NCBI GenBank assembly: GCA_047621545.1
Contig: JBLHMA010000003.1
Location: 1-40,451 of the forward strand
Direction: 5' to 3'
Length of the DNA: 40,451 nt
Origin: Cognaticolwellia sp.
GTDB lineage: Bacteria; Myxococcota_A; UBA796; CAJQPC01
The first letter of the stretch is position 1. Every line of letters starts with the position of its first letter. Shown piece after piece: positions 6,258-16,210 of the stretch. The translations under genes were made by a program, and so were the position numbers. Under the pieces are notes generated by a model that saw only the letters and a list, made by a program, of their open reading frames with translations, searched no databases and was not told where the DNA came from.

Positions 6258-8417
6258 AAAGAAGCGGGGTGGGACCCAGCTCCAGGACTTGGTGCTGCCA
6301 GCGACCTTGATCTTCATGACCTGCCCCGCGGCTGCGACGATGTCGTCCTTGGTCAGGACCGTCGCAGCCTCCAGCTTGAGGGACTGAGCGATGCCTGGGA
6401 TGTTCTTCTGGCCCAGCGCCAGGCTCGGCAGTCCGGGGAAGCGCTCTACGAGCTGGCCCTGGATGCTGCGCACGAAACCAGCAAATGAGCGGTCCTCGGC
6501 AGCGACCAGCAAGCGGCCGGTCTTCTCGACGCTCTCGGTGATCAGGTCTAGATCTGGCGGGACCAAGGTGCGCAGGTCGATGACCTCGACCGAGAGACCC
6601 TGCTTCTCCAGCTCTTCGGCAGCAGCGATGCTGGTCCACACGGCGCGACCCCAGCTGACCAGAGTTACGTCCTGTCCTTCCTTCCGAATCACACCCTTCC
6701 CGAAGGGAACTCTGACGTTGCGGGGCAGGTCGGGGATCTCGCCACGCATGATGCGCTTCTTGAGCTTGGTGATGCCGTCGGTGTCCGTTGGCTCGCCGGG
6801 AAAGGCGGGGCCCAGGGTCTGGCGGTACATCCACTTGGGCTCGAGCATGATGACGGGCCCGTCATACTCGGATGCGGCCATGATCAGGCCGTAGACATCC
6901 CAGGAGGTGCTCGGCATGGCGATGACCAAACCAGGGATGGGCGTGAAGTAGCCGTCCAGGGACATGGAGTGGTAGACCGCGCCGCCGCCAAAGGGGTCCG
7001 TGGGCATGCGCAGGATCATGCGGCAGGTGCTGTTGCCGTTGCTGGTCCAGTACAGGTTGCCCAGGTGAACCAACCAGTGGAAGGCGTTCAGGCTGTAGTC
7101 GCCGAACTGAATCTCAGGCAGGGCGTGTACCCCTTCGTGCAGGCCGGCGCCCATGCTGCAGCCCACAATGAGGGGCTCATTCAGGGGCGCGTCGGTGACC
7201 CGGTCTGGGTACTTGTTCTTCAGGCCGGCGGTGGCCTGCATCACGCCGCCCAGCTTGCCGACGTCCTGACCCAGGATCATGCCGCCCTTGGTCTCCAGGA
7301 TGTGGTCCAGAGCGGAGCGGATTGCGCCGCCGTAGCTGACGTTGGTGGTGCCAGGCTGGGCAGCGGGCTCCTGAACATCTGGAAATGGTGCGTAGATGTT
7401 CTCCATGACGGAGTCATCGGGGGGATCCGGCTCAGCGCGCACTTCGTCGAAGATGGCCTTGACCTCCTCGTCTTGGCGACCCATCACGTTGCCCAGCTCA
7501 TGATGGGCAAAGAAGTCGCGGCCCTGGCCTTCGACGCGGCGCATGATGTCCTGCTCTTCGAGCACGCCGCGCTTCACAAGCTCGGCGCCGAAGCTGATCA
7601 GGGGGTCGTCTTGGCCCAGGTCGAAGGTCATGTCGGCGGCGGAGCTGTGGCCGTTGAAGCGGGGCAGGTTGACCACGTGCATGAACGCAGGCTTCTGCTG
7701 CTCCCGTACGTACTTGGCGCAGGCCAAGGTGGTCTCGTATGTGTCGAAGAAGTCGCTGCCGTCGCAGGTGAAGAACTTCACCCCGAATCCTTCTGCGTAC
7801 TTCTCGAAGCTCTTGATTCCGCGACCCTCTTCGGGGGTCGTGGAGATGGCCACTTCGTTGTCGGTGATCATCACGATCGTTGGGAGCTGCCAGACGCTGA
7901 TGGCGTTCATCGTGTCGTGCAGGTCGCCCTCCGCCGAGGTGCCGTCGCCGATGATACCCAGGGACATGCAGTCCTTGCGTCCCTGGCTGCGGTTGCCCAA
8001 TGCCCAGCCTGCGGCCTTGCCCAGCTGCATGCCCACGGGGGACTGCACGGGCAGGATGCCGTAGTCGCGGATGTCCAGGTGGTAGACCATCTGGCGACCG
8101 CGGGACATGGGGTCTGTGTCCTTGGAGAACTGCTGGCGCAGCATGTTCCGAGTGAAATCCTTGTTGCCGTGCAGGGTCAGCCACATGCTCACCAGGGCGC
8201 CTGATCGGTAGTGAGGAACCACGGCGAACTGATCGAGCTTGGCGACCTTGGAGATCGCCAGGGCGGTGGCAGTGCCGTGCACTTCCTCGCCTGGACCCCA
8301 GATGGCGAACTTGACCTCGCCCCGGCTGGCCAATCGCACGATGTGCTCTTCGGTAGAACGGGATCGAACTCCGATCTCATAGGCCAGGCGCAGATCGTCA
8401 GCGGTCAGCTCGGACAT
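6249..8417 (-). CDS. 2-oxoacid (probably branched-chain) dehydrogenase E1, fused alpha+beta subunits
   Basis: ThDP-binding GDGTSAEGD...N motif, GHSSAD-like loop, beta-subunit motifs GQDVG, DAPLNE, EIQFGDY and EVIDLRTLVP. Confidence 0.9.
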   Translation of the reverse strand: MSELTADDLRLAYEIGVRSRSTEEHIVRLASRGEVKFAIWGPGEEVHGTATALAISKVAKLDQFAVVPHYRSGALVSMWLTLHGNKDFTRNMLRQQFSKDTDPMSRGRQMVYHLDIRDYGILPVQSPVGMQLGKAAGWALGNRSQGRKDCMSLGIIGDGTSAEGDLHDTMNAISVWQLPTIVMITDNEVAISTTPEEGRGIKSFEKYAEGFGVKFFTCDGSDFFDTYETTLACAKYVREQQKPAFMHVVNLPRFNGHSSAADMTFDLGQDDPLISFGAELVKRGVLEEQDIMRRVEGQGRDFFAHHELGNVMGRQDEEVKAIFDEVRAEPDPPDDSVMENIYAPFPDVQEPAAQPGTTNVSYGGAIRSALDHILETKGGMILGQDVGKLGGVMQATAGLKNKYPDRVTDAPLNEPLIVGCSMGAGLHEGVHALPEIQFGDYSLNAFHWLVHLGNLYWTSNGNSTCRMILRMPTDPFGGGAVYHSMSLDGYFTPIPGLVIAMPSTSWDVYGLIMAASEYDGPVIMLEPKWMYRQTLGPAFPGEPTDTDGITKLKKRIMRGEIPDLPRNVRVPFGKGVIRKEGQDVTLVSWGRAVWTSIAAAEELEKQGLSVEVIDLRTLVPPDLDLITESVEKTGRLLVAAEDRSFAGFVRSIQGQLVERFPGLPSLALGQKNIPGIAQSLKLEAATVLTKDDIVAAAGQVMKIKVAGSTKSWSWVPPRFFVS

Positions 8418-8474
8418 CGGTCCTCCAACAAAGGAAACATCGGGACGCCCACCTAACGCGGCGCGCGATGGGGT

Positions 8475-9704
8475 TCAGATGACCATGGCCTCGGCGGAGC
8501 CAAAGTCGCGGTCGATCTTGAACGGGGCCAGGTCTGCTTTTTCCCCCAAGACACTGACATGGTCGATGGATTCCCCTGCTTCGGCCAGTGCAAGTCCCAC
8601 CTGCGCGGAGAAGGGACCGAACATGGCGCCGTGGCCGGAGAAGCCCACCATTCGGATCAGATTCTGGGTCTTTGGGTCAAAGTCCATGAAGGGATTGTGG
8701 TCCGGGGTGGTGCCGTAGAAGCCCGCTGTGGTGGCGGAGATCCCAGCGAACTCACCGACTGGCGGCAGGGCCTGGGCTAGGGCCATCCAGGTCTCGAATG
8801 GACGAGAGTCGGCGTCGTTCTTGTGGAAGTAGGCAGGCTCAATGCTGTCCTGATCTTCGTATACGAAATCGGCGCTCACATCGGGGGCGTGGTGCTTCCA
8901 GCCGGTCATCAGAGAGCCGGCGTTCTCAGGGCGGCAGTAGGCGCCTGAGGGGGAGATGATCAGCGGCATGTTGAGCAGGGTCTCGGAGCTCATGGACTCG
9001 CCGCGCTCGATAAACCAGAGGTAGCGCTTGAGAGCCTGGACGGGCAAGTGGTCGGCGCCCAGGATGTCTCCTACACGGCGACTCCAGGCGTTTGTGCAGT
9101 CCAGGAAGACGTCGGCCTTGAGGACAACGCCCTTGCCGGTTGTGACGCTGACCAAGCGCTCTCCAACCCGCTCGGACTGGACCAAGGGGCTGCCCTGGAG
9201 CAGGGTGCCACCCAGAGCGCGAAAGGCGGCGGCGGCTTCGCCATAGACCACGTCCGGTCGAAGAAATCCGTCGCTTGGACACCAGGTGGCGCCGGCGATC
9301 TCCTCGGGGTCGACGTAGGAGAAGCGCTCCACGGTCTGTTGGGGGCTGAGCGCTTGGACCTCGGCAAGTCCCCAGCTCTGCTGGTCTTTGACGCGCTTTT
9401 GGGCAGCTCTCCAGGCCGCTTCGCCTTGAACCAAGAAGAGGTAGCCGTTCTGCTCGATGGGCTGGCCGTCTTGGCCCATGCTCTGGTGCCAGTGCTTGTA
9501 AAAATCTACTGAATAGCGCATGCCAAGCACGCTCTCGCGGGTGGAGAACTGCTGGCGAATGCCGGCGGCGGTGCGGGAGCTGGATCCAGCGCCGATGTGC
9601 TGGGCCTCGATCAGGGTCACCTTCCAGCCTGCCCGCAGCAGCGCACAGCCCGTCAGGGTGCCTGTGATGCCGCCTCCGATCACGACTGCGCTGCGATCCG
9701 CCAT
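8475..9704 (-). CDS. FAD-dependent oxidoreductase, DAO / sarcosine oxidase beta family
   Basis: VIGGGITG, GSSSRTAAGIRQQFS, TPDHNP and GFSGHG motifs. Confidence 0.85.
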   Translation of the reverse strand: MADRSAVVIGGGITGTLTGCALLRAGWKVTLIEAQHIGAGSSSRTAAGIRQQFSTRESVLGMRYSVDFYKHWHQSMGQDGQPIEQNGYLFLVQGEAAWRAAQKRVKDQQSWGLAEVQALSPQQTVERFSYVDPEEIAGATWCPSDGFLRPDVVYGEAAAAFRALGGTLLQGSPLVQSERVGERLVSVTTGKGVVLKADVFLDCTNAWSRRVGDILGADHLPVQALKRYLWFIERGESMSSETLLNMPLIISPSGAYCRPENAGSLMTGWKHHAPDVSADFVYEDQDSIEPAYFHKNDADSRPFETWMALAQALPPVGEFAGISATTAGFYGTTPDHNPFMDFDPKTQNLIRMVGFSGHGAMFGPFSAQVGLALAEAGESIDHVSVLGEKADLAPFKIDRDFGSAEAMVI

Positions 9705-9817
9705 CCACGACTCCTGCCTTTGCCGGCTTAGTCAACCACGGCGCAGGGAATGCGGCTTGGGGCCGGGGGGTGGTAGCTTTGTGTTCCCCTGTAGGGGACC
9801 TGACCCCGGAGCCGTCC

Positions 9818-10393
9818 ATGTCCTTGCTTCTCGCCGCCATCACAATGGCTTTTGCCGCTCCTGCTGGTTGGGAGTTGTTCGACTCCCAGAGTGGCTGCGA
9901 GTACTACCGCTCTCCGAAGACCGAGAGTGGCTACCCCACCTTGCGTGCGGAGTGTGTTTGGGACGATGTGACCCCGGCCACCCTGGATACGATCCTGACG
10001 GACTTGGGTGGACACAACAAGGTGCACAGCTCCATCGCCGAGGCCACCGTGGTCTCGACGGACAGCACCGGCTCCGTGGTCTACCAGCGGCATGTCGCCA
10101 GCGGGATCTCGGACCGGGAGGCCAACCTGCTCTACACCCGCGCCGTCTCCGGCGACACCATCACCCACGCCTGGGACATGACCGCCGCTCAGCCGACCCC
10201 CAAGGACGGCAACGTCGTGCCTGGAAAGGACAAAGGCAAGTGGGAGCTGAGCCCCTCCGGCAGCGGCGCCAAGGTGATCTACGAGCTGCACTACGAGCCC
10301 AGCGGCAGCGTTCCTGGCTTTGTTGTGCGCGCCTTCCAGACCAGCGGTTTTGTGCTGTTGACCCAGGAGCTGCACAAGGCGGGTCAGGGATAG
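9818..10393 (+). CDS. Secreted START/SRPBCC-domain lipid-binding protein
   Basis: Signal peptide, then START-like motifs (ISDRE, GKWEL, YEPSGSVPGFVV). Confidence 0.65.
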   Translation: MSLLLAAITMAFAAPAGWELFDSQSGCEYYRSPKTESGYPTLRAECVWDDVTPATLDTILTDLGGHNKVHSSIAEATVVSTDSTGSVVYQRHVASGISDREANLLYTRAVSGDTITHAWDMTAAQPTPKDGNVVPGKDKGKWELSPSGSGAKVIYELHYEPSGSVPGFVVRAFQTSGFVLLTQELHKAGQG

Positions 10394-10491
10394 GTCTGGC
10401 GTTTGCTTGCTTGAGAGTCGCTTGCCGAAGATGACGGCGCCAAGGATGGGCGGGACGTCAAGCTTCTGGGTGGACTTGCGTCGCCTCGCGG

Positions 10492-10538
10492 TTGCCAACC
10501 TGTCAGGTGACAGGTAGACTGCCTGTCAGGTGACAGGT
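10492..10538 (+). promoter_or_regulatory. Sigma-70 promoter with two palindromic TetR operators
   Basis: TTGCCA (10492-97), 17 bp, TAGACT (10515-20). Palindrome CCTGTCA-GG-TGACAGG at 10499-10514 and 10522-10537. Confidence 0.8.
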
Positions 10539-10552
10539 AGAGGAGCGACCTT

Positions 10553-11113
10553 GTGAGCGAGCGTAAGCAACAGATCCTTCAAGAGGGCGTGAATCTCATT
10601 GCGACGCAGGGCTACAGTGCCTTCAGCATGCGTGCTGTGGCCCGGGCCAGCGGGTTGACCTTGGGCGCGCTTCAGTACCACTTCCGTACCCAAGAGGACC
10701 TGCTGCGTGCTCTGGCGGCCCACATCTCGGAGACCTACCGCACGGCCTTTGACGCTCAGGGAGAAGCCCCCAGCCTGAAGGGAGTCGTGGCTTTTGTGCT
10801 CGAAGACGCGCCCGGGGAAGACTTGCAGGCCGCCCGGCTCTTTCCGCAGCTCTGGGCCATGGCGCTGGTTGAACCGATCATGGAAGAGCTGCTGGACGCT
10901 CTCTACCAAGAGTACGTCGACCTGCTGGAGGGACTCTTGAGAGAGCGTGGTGCCCAAGCCCCACGGGCCGAGGCGCTGGCCATCATGGGGCTTCTCGAGG
11001 GGCAGACGCTCTTCGTTGGTCGCGGGCGCCGGTGGGAGGAGAGCGGGCCGGCCGTACTTGAAGCCGTCCACGCCCTCATTGACGCCCGCTATGGCGATGG
11101 GAGCTCCTCGTGA
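10553..11113 (+). CDS. TetR/AcrR family transcriptional regulator
   Basis: N-terminal HTH FSMRAVARASGLTLGALQYHFRTQEDL. Confidence 0.9.
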   Translation: MSERKQQILQEGVNLIATQGYSAFSMRAVARASGLTLGALQYHFRTQEDLLRALAAHISETYRTAFDAQGEAPSLKGVVAFVLEDAPGEDLQAARLFPQLWAMALVEPIMEELLDALYQEYVDLLEGLLRERGAQAPRAEALAIMGLLEGQTLFVGRGRRWEESGPAVLEAVHALIDARYGDGSSS

Positions 11114-11736
11114 CCCTGTTGCTCGCGGGTCTCGCTTTGGCGCAGGCAGTGTCTCCTCAGGCAGTGTCTCCTCAGGCAGTGTCTCCGCAGGCAGTGTCTC
11201 CTCAGGCAGTGTCTCCTCAGGCAGTGTCTCCGCAGGCAGTGTCTCCGCAGGCAGTGTCTCCGGAGCCACCTCAGCAGTGGATGGCGCTTGGGTTGACCTT
11301 GCCGTCTCTGAGTCACCCCGGTCTGGTCCTGGGTGGTCGGCGGGAAGTCGGCGCCGCTTGGCAGTTGGGTCTGGACCTCGCCGGCTGGGTCAATCCATCG
11401 GACTCCCTGCATGGGCAGCTCACCCCCCAACTGGGCGCGGTTTGGCAGCGGCCAAGCGGTCTGCGAATCGTCGGATCTATAGGCTTGGGCCTGGGTGTGG
11501 AGCGGCGGATCACCGGTCACATGCTCGACCTGGCCGATGGCAGCTCCCAACGGTCGTGGGAGAGCCAAGTGTGGGCAGTGCCCCAGATTTCTACGCAGCT
11601 GTCTTGGCGGCATGAGCGCCAGTTCCCCTTGTTTCTTGGCTTCACCCTTGGTCAGCAGCTTGCGCAGGAAAGCAACGGAGGAACAGTGCTAACAGTCAAT
11701 TTTGGCGTCCTGCTTTCACGGAGGGAGAGCCCATGA
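11110..11736 (+). CDS. Secreted protein with (QAVSP)8 linker and probable small beta-barrel
   Basis: GTGA overlap with tetR, signal peptide, amphipathic beta-strands, translational coupling to the next gene. Confidence 0.6.
   Translation: MTLLLAGLALAQAVSPQAVSPQAVSPQAVSPQAVSPQAVSPQAVSPQAVSPEPPQQWMALGLTLPSLSHPGLVLGGRREVGAAWQLGLDLAGWVNPSDSLHGQLTPQLGAVWQRPSGLRIVGSIGLGLGVERRITGHMLDLADGSSQRSWESQVWAVPQISTQLSWRHERQFPLFLGFTLGQQLAQESNGGTVLTVNFGVLLSRRESP
11143..11262 (+). repeat. In-frame 15-bp tandem repeat CAGGCAGTGTCTCCK x8
   Basis: Eight consecutive units encoding QAVSP. Confidence 0.95.
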
Positions 11737-12917
11737 GGCGTCGGAACTTTCTGAAGGGTGCGGCGGGCGCTGGTCTGGTGTCTTTGCTGCCCACGGTGGG
11801 CTGCGCCTCGTCGGGCACCTGGTGGGACTTGCCGGTGAACTTCCAGGGCCGTGTTGTGGTCATCGGAGCCGGGGCCGCTGGCTTGGCCGCTGGGTACCTG
11901 CTGGACCGCTACGGCATCGACTACACCATCCTGGAAGCCAGCCCTCGGTGGGGTGGTCGCGTTCAACGCGTGGATGACTTTGTGGATGTGCCGATCGACC
12001 TGGGCGCAGAGTGGATCCACGACCATCCCAGCGTTCTGGCCCAGCTCATCGATGACAGCTCCGTGAGCGCGAACATCGATGTGGTTCGCTACGCCCCGCA
12101 GACCTCGGCGATCTGGAATGGCTCACGCCTCCAATCCTTCAACGGCAGCCGGCACGTCTACGGCGAGTACAAGTTCAAGCGCACAACCTGGCATTCCTTC
12201 TTGGAGGACTGGATTCTTCCTGCCTCGGCCGACAAGCTTCAGCTCAATACGCCGGTGGTCGCCATCGACTCCTCCGGGAGCGGCGTCACAGTGCACTTGG
12301 CAGACGGGAGCACGGAGGAGGCGGACCGGGTGATTCTGGCGGTGCCGCTGAAAATCCTGCAGCAGGGCCTCATAGCCTTTACGCCGGCGCTCCCCGAGTG
12401 GAAACAGCAGGCCATCGATGGAAGGGAAGTCGTCGACGGGCTCAAGGTCTTCTTGGAGATGGAGTCCAGATTCTACCCCGACCTGACCATGATGAGCCCT
12501 CTTCGTGAGGGTGGGGCAGATCACTTGGCCATGGACGGGGTCTTCCGCAAAGGGTCCGCTCAGAATCTGTTGAGCCTGTTCTGTGTGGGGCAGCAGGCCG
12601 CTCAGTATGTGGGCTTGGAGGACGAGGCGGTCGTGGAGCGTCTCCTCCAGCACCTGGATGCTGCCTTTGACGGTGCGGCCTCGCGGAACCTGCTCAAGGC
12701 TCGCGTACAGAACTGGAGCCAGGAGCCGTGGATTCAGGGCGCGTACGTCTACGGCCTGGATGCGGTGAGAGGCATCGACGAGCTGGCGGCCAGTGTCGAC
12801 GACCGAATCTACTGGGCTGGGGGCGCCTTTGATCGGGATAATATCGTGGCCGTCCATGGGGCGATGAACAGCGGCTACACGGCGGTCGCAGAGCTGCTCG
12901 GCACGCCCAACGTTTAG
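11733..12917 (+). CDS. Tat-exported flavin monoamine oxidase family protein, probable lipoprotein
   Basis: RRRNFLK Tat motif, VG-C lipobox-like sequence, VIGAGAAG, GGRV, DLGAEWIH, W..EPWIQGAY and VHGAMNSG. Confidence 0.85.
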   Translation: MRRRNFLKGAAGAGLVSLLPTVGCASSGTWWDLPVNFQGRVVVIGAGAAGLAAGYLLDRYGIDYTILEASPRWGGRVQRVDDFVDVPIDLGAEWIHDHPSVLAQLIDDSSVSANIDVVRYAPQTSAIWNGSRLQSFNGSRHVYGEYKFKRTTWHSFLEDWILPASADKLQLNTPVVAIDSSGSGVTVHLADGSTEEADRVILAVPLKILQQGLIAFTPALPEWKQQAIDGREVVDGLKVFLEMESRFYPDLTMMSPLREGGADHLAMDGVFRKGSAQNLLSLFCVGQQAAQYVGLEDEAVVERLLQHLDAAFDGAASRNLLKARVQNWSQEPWIQGAYVYGLDAVRGIDELAASVDDRIYWAGGAFDRDNIVAVHGAMNSGYTAVAELLGTPNV

Positions 12918-12920
12918 CGC

Positions 12921-13877
12921 TCAGCGGGCAATGATTTGGCCGTTGGGACCTTGTACCCAGAGTCCGTGGGGTGCTCTTAGAGCGATGCCGCCGACCCAGC
13001 GTGTGTAGGGAAGGTGTGCAAAGGCGGGCTCGCCGGCCAGGACGGCTTGGCCCGTTTGGCTCATCGACAGGCGGGAGCTCTCTTGCTGGAAGACGCGCCA
13101 GGGAAGCTCTCGATCTACGAGGGGGCCCAGCGCACGTAGGTGGGCCAAGAGCTCATAGGGACGTGGCGGCTCGAACATGCTGGCCTGCACGATGCACTGC
13201 GCGATCAGCTCCGCGACGCGCATGTCAGGTTGAAGCTGCTTTAGAATGCGGCGCTCCCAGTCGCAGAGCCCGTCGGTGTGGCTGGGAAAGCGCTCGGACA
13301 GGATCTGTGCTGCGCGCTTGATGTGGGGGAGTTTGGCCTCGAGCAGGAGCAGATTTAGCAGGGTTGGATCTGGCGCCGAAAGAGCCGCCCACAGACGGTC
13401 CACTTCTTCGAGCTCTTGATCCTCTACCTCCTCCCAAGAAGCATCCAAGGCGAAGTCACGGTTTGACCGGGTCTCTGCAAGCCGGCCACCCGCGAGCAGA
13501 TCCAGTCGGATGCGTTGCAGCGTGTGGGTGACCCCAGGATTCTCGCTGCGGTGAAGTGCGCGCATCCAGCCAAAACACAGGCAATCGTGCAGGTCTCGTC
13601 CGAACCCCAAGCGCAGGGTGCAGGGGAGTGTGGTGCACTCAATGTGTTCTTGCACAAAGCCGATCGGCTGGTCGCCCTCGCCCTCGGGGAACGGCTCTCC
13701 GTCCAGGCCGGAGATCTCCTGCATTAGGATGTGGCTCTGCTCCAAAAGCGACCCACTACTCAGTCGGCCTAAGTTCAGAAAGCCGTCGAGAAAAGTGACC
13801 TTTGCAGGTCTGACAGCGTGGTTTAGGCTGCCCGATCCAGACGCTGTACTCGCCACATACAGCAGCTCACTCTTCAA
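12921..13877 (-). CDS. Hypothetical protein, DUF1835-like
   Basis: Probable TTG start at 13877 overlapping the upstream gene. N-terminal LYVA...SGSL...D.LNLGRL and C-terminal RWVGGIAL resemble DUF1835 proteins. Start uncertain. Confidence 0.45.
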   Translation of the reverse strand: MKSELLYVASTASGSGSLNHAVRPAKVTFLDGFLNLGRLSSGSLLEQSHILMQEISGLDGEPFPEGEGDQPIGFVQEHIECTTLPCTLRLGFGRDLHDCLCFGWMRALHRSENPGVTHTLQRIRLDLLAGGRLAETRSNRDFALDASWEEVEDQELEEVDRLWAALSAPDPTLLNLLLLEAKLPHIKRAAQILSERFPSHTDGLCDWERRILKQLQPDMRVAELIAQCIVQASMFEPPRPYELLAHLRALGPLVDRELPWRVFQQESSRLSMSQTGQAVLAGEPAFAHLPYTRWVGGIALRAPHGLWVQGPNGQIIAR

Positions 13878-14499
13878 CCGGCAGCGCCTCGTCCTTGAGC
13901 ACATCGATGCCTACGCCTACGATCTGCGCGAGCTCCTGGGCCTTCTTCTTGAAGTTGAGCTCCTTGGAGTCCTCGTAGACCAAGCGGCGGCCGTCCTTGA
14001 GCACGAGCAGGATGGCCGAGCACACGGCGTCGCCCTGGACCTCGGCCTGGTACTGCACCCCTTCCACGTCCCGGAACTTGATCTCCAGCTGCTCAGGCTC
14101 CTCGGAGTCAGGCCCGTGGATGTCGATCTTGATGATGCTGCGGCCCGCGGCCAGCTGCGTGTAGGCGGTGTAGCCCTCGGCGCAGATGGTCAGCTCCTTT
14201 TGGGGAGCAGCGATGGTGAATGCCGCCGGCAAGCTGATGTTCTGCCCGTCCGGGTTGGCCACGATCACCGTGTGCGCCCCTGCCTGAAGCGAGGGCACGG
14301 TTCCTTCCAGCAAGGTCGGTCCCAGACGCGTGACCGCGAGATCCTGACCGCCCATCGTAGCGGTGGCCCCTTCCTGAAAGTCCGCACCGACCAGCTTGAC
14401 GGTTTCTCCTGGCTTTCCCGTTGTTGGGTCCACCACGCTGAGGGTGGGGGGAGCCTGGGTGCACGCAATCAGGTTCAGGGTGGCGATTAGGGACAGCAT
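13867..14499 (-). CDS. IPT/TIG-domain lipoprotein
   Basis: Lipobox LIAC. PTLSVVDPTTGKPGETVKLVGADF...VANPDG is an IPT/TIG pattern. Confidence 0.75.
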   Translation of the reverse strand: MLSLIATLNLIACTQAPPTLSVVDPTTGKPGETVKLVGADFQEGATATMGGQDLAVTRLGPTLLEGTVPSLQAGAHTVIVANPDGQNISLPAAFTIAAPQKELTICAEGYTAYTQLAAGRSIIKIDIHGPDSEEPEQLEIKFRDVEGVQYQAEVQGDAVCSAILLVLKDGRRLVYEDSKELNFKKKAQELAQIVGVGIDVLKDEALPVEE

Positions 14500-14539
14500 G
14501 GGACCTCCGAGGCCGGAGGATACCGAATAGAGGGTTTAG

Positions 14540-16210
14540 ATGAACTACAAGCTCCCCGACGCTCCCAATTTCCCTGGCCGCGGTGTCCCTCACAATGGCC
14601 CTGTGGTCCTCTGCATCCTCGACGGCGTGGGCCTGGGCCTGCGGGACGGTGGCGACGCTGTCTATCAAGCCCACACGCCGACCTTGGACCGGCTGTTCGC
14701 TGGCGCGATGTTCACTCAGCTCAAGGCCCACGGAACCGCAGTCGGCCTGCCCTCGGATGGGGACATGGGCAACTCAGAGGTGGGCCACAACGCCCTTGGG
14801 GCCGGCAGAATCATCGCCCAAGGGGCCAAGCTCGTCGCAGCCGCCTTCAAAAACGCCTCGGCCTTTGGGGAGACCTGGGAGTGGCTGACCCAGAGCGGCA
14901 CCCTGCATCTCTTGGGCCTGCTCTCCGACGGCGGCGTGCACAGCCACATCGACCACCTGCTGCGCATCCTGAAGCAGGCCGATTCGCAGGGCATCGAGCG
15001 CGTTCGCATCCACATCCTCAGCGATGGTCGGGACGTGGGTGCCCGCAGTGTCTTGGGCTACATCCGGACTCTGGAAGCGGCGCTGAGCGGGATAAACGGG
15101 CGGGAGACGCTGGTGGGAGAGCCGGGGCGGGACTACCGCATCGCCAGTGGCGGTGGCCGGATGAACCTCACCATGGACCGCTACGAGGCGGACTGGTCGA
15201 TGGTTCAGCGCGGCTGGAACACCCATGTTTTGGGGGAGGGCCGTCGCTTTGAGAGCGCCACCCAGGCCGTGGAGGCCCTCTACGCCGAGGATGCCCAGGT
15301 CAACGACCAGTACTTGCCCGCTTTTGTCATTGAAGAAGGCGGCCAAGGAGGGGTAGAGCCCATCGGTGTCGTGCAGGAAGGAGACGGCATGCTCCTCTTC
15401 AACTTCCGAGGGGACAGGGCTCTGGAGTTCTCCTCCACCGCCCAAGGCCAGGACACCCCGGTGGATCGCGGCGGCGCCCCCAGCTTTCGCTTCGCCGGGA
15501 TCATGCAGTACGACGGGGACCTGAAGATCCCGGCCCGCTACCTGGTCGAGCCCCCCGCCATCGATGCGACCGTGGGCCACTATCTGGCTGCAAACGGCCG
15601 CCGCAGCTTTGTGGTCTCCGAGACCCAGAAGTTCGGCCATGTGACCTTCTTCTTCAACGGAAACCGCAGCGGGATGCTGGACTCTTCGCTGGAGGAGTAC
15701 GTCGAGATTCCATCGGACGTGATTCCCTTCGAGCAGGCCCCCGCCATGAAAGCGCAGGAGATCACCCAGGCGGCCATTGCGGCCATCTCTTCGGGGACCT
15801 GGGACCACGTGCGGCTGAACATCGCCAACGGCGACATGGTGGGCCACAGCGGCGATCTGGCGGCGACCATCACCGCGATGGAGGTCGTCGATGCTTGCGT
15901 GGCTGATCTGGAAGCCGCGGTGGTCCGGGCTGGCGGGGTGCTCTTGGTGACCGCCGACCACGGCAACGCCGACGATATGTGGATGCGGGACAAGCAGGAC
16001 CAACCCAAGAAAGAGCGGGGCAGCATCCTGCCCAAGACCAGCCACACGCTGGCTCCCGTTCCCTTCGCAGTGGTGGACCCCCAGGCCCGCTGGGAGCTCT
16101 CCGAGACCCCCAATCCGGGCTTGGCCAACATCTCAGCCACCCTGCTGCTCCTGTGTGGCCTGACGCCCCCTATCGACTACCTCCCCTCCTTGCTCCAGGT
16201 TCGCCCATGA
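14540..16210 (+). CDS. gpmI: 2,3-bisphosphoglycerate-independent phosphoglycerate mutase
   Basis: [50 protein letters not shown] and TADHGN. Confidence 0.97.
   Translation: MNYKLPDAPNFPGRGVPHNGPVVLCILDGVGLGLRDGGDAVYQAHTPTLDRLFAGAMFTQLKAHGTAVGLPSDGDMGNSEVGHNALGAGRIIAQGAKLVAAAFKNASAFGETWEWLTQSGTLHLLGLLSDGGVHSHIDHLLRILKQADSQGIERVRIHILSDGRDVGARSVLGYIRTLEAALSGINGRETLVGEPGRDYRIASGGGRMNLTMDRYEADWSMVQRGWNTHVLGEGRRFESATQAVEALYAEDAQVNDQYLPAFVIEEGGQGGVEPIGVVQEGDGMLLFNFRGDRALEFSSTAQGQDTPVDRGGAPSFRFAGIMQYDGDLKIPARYLVEPPAIDATVGHYLAANGRRSFVVSETQKFGHVTFFFNGNRSGMLDSSLEEYVEIPSDVIPFEQAPAMKAQEITQAAIAAISSGTWDHVRLNIANGDMVGHSGDLAATITAMEVVDACVADLEAAVVRAGGVLLVTADHGNADDMWMRDKQDQPKKERGSILPKTSHTLAPVPFAVVDPQARWELSETPNPGLANISATLLLLCGLTPPIDYLPSLLQVRP

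Noticed and set aside
5454-6488. ORFs running through the tandem arrays
   Set aside because: Open in several frames only because the repeat units lack stops on the + strand. No sign of real protein.
6969-8204. Long antisense ORFs (also 19170-20321, 14774-16045 and the 5' extension 21250-21864)
   Set aside because: Shadow ORFs opposite clearly identified high-GC genes.
8475-9704. Glycine oxidase ThiO partnering thiG
   Set aside because: Motifs fit the sarcosine-oxidase-beta-like branch, and the gene sits with the E1 gene 12 kb from thiG.
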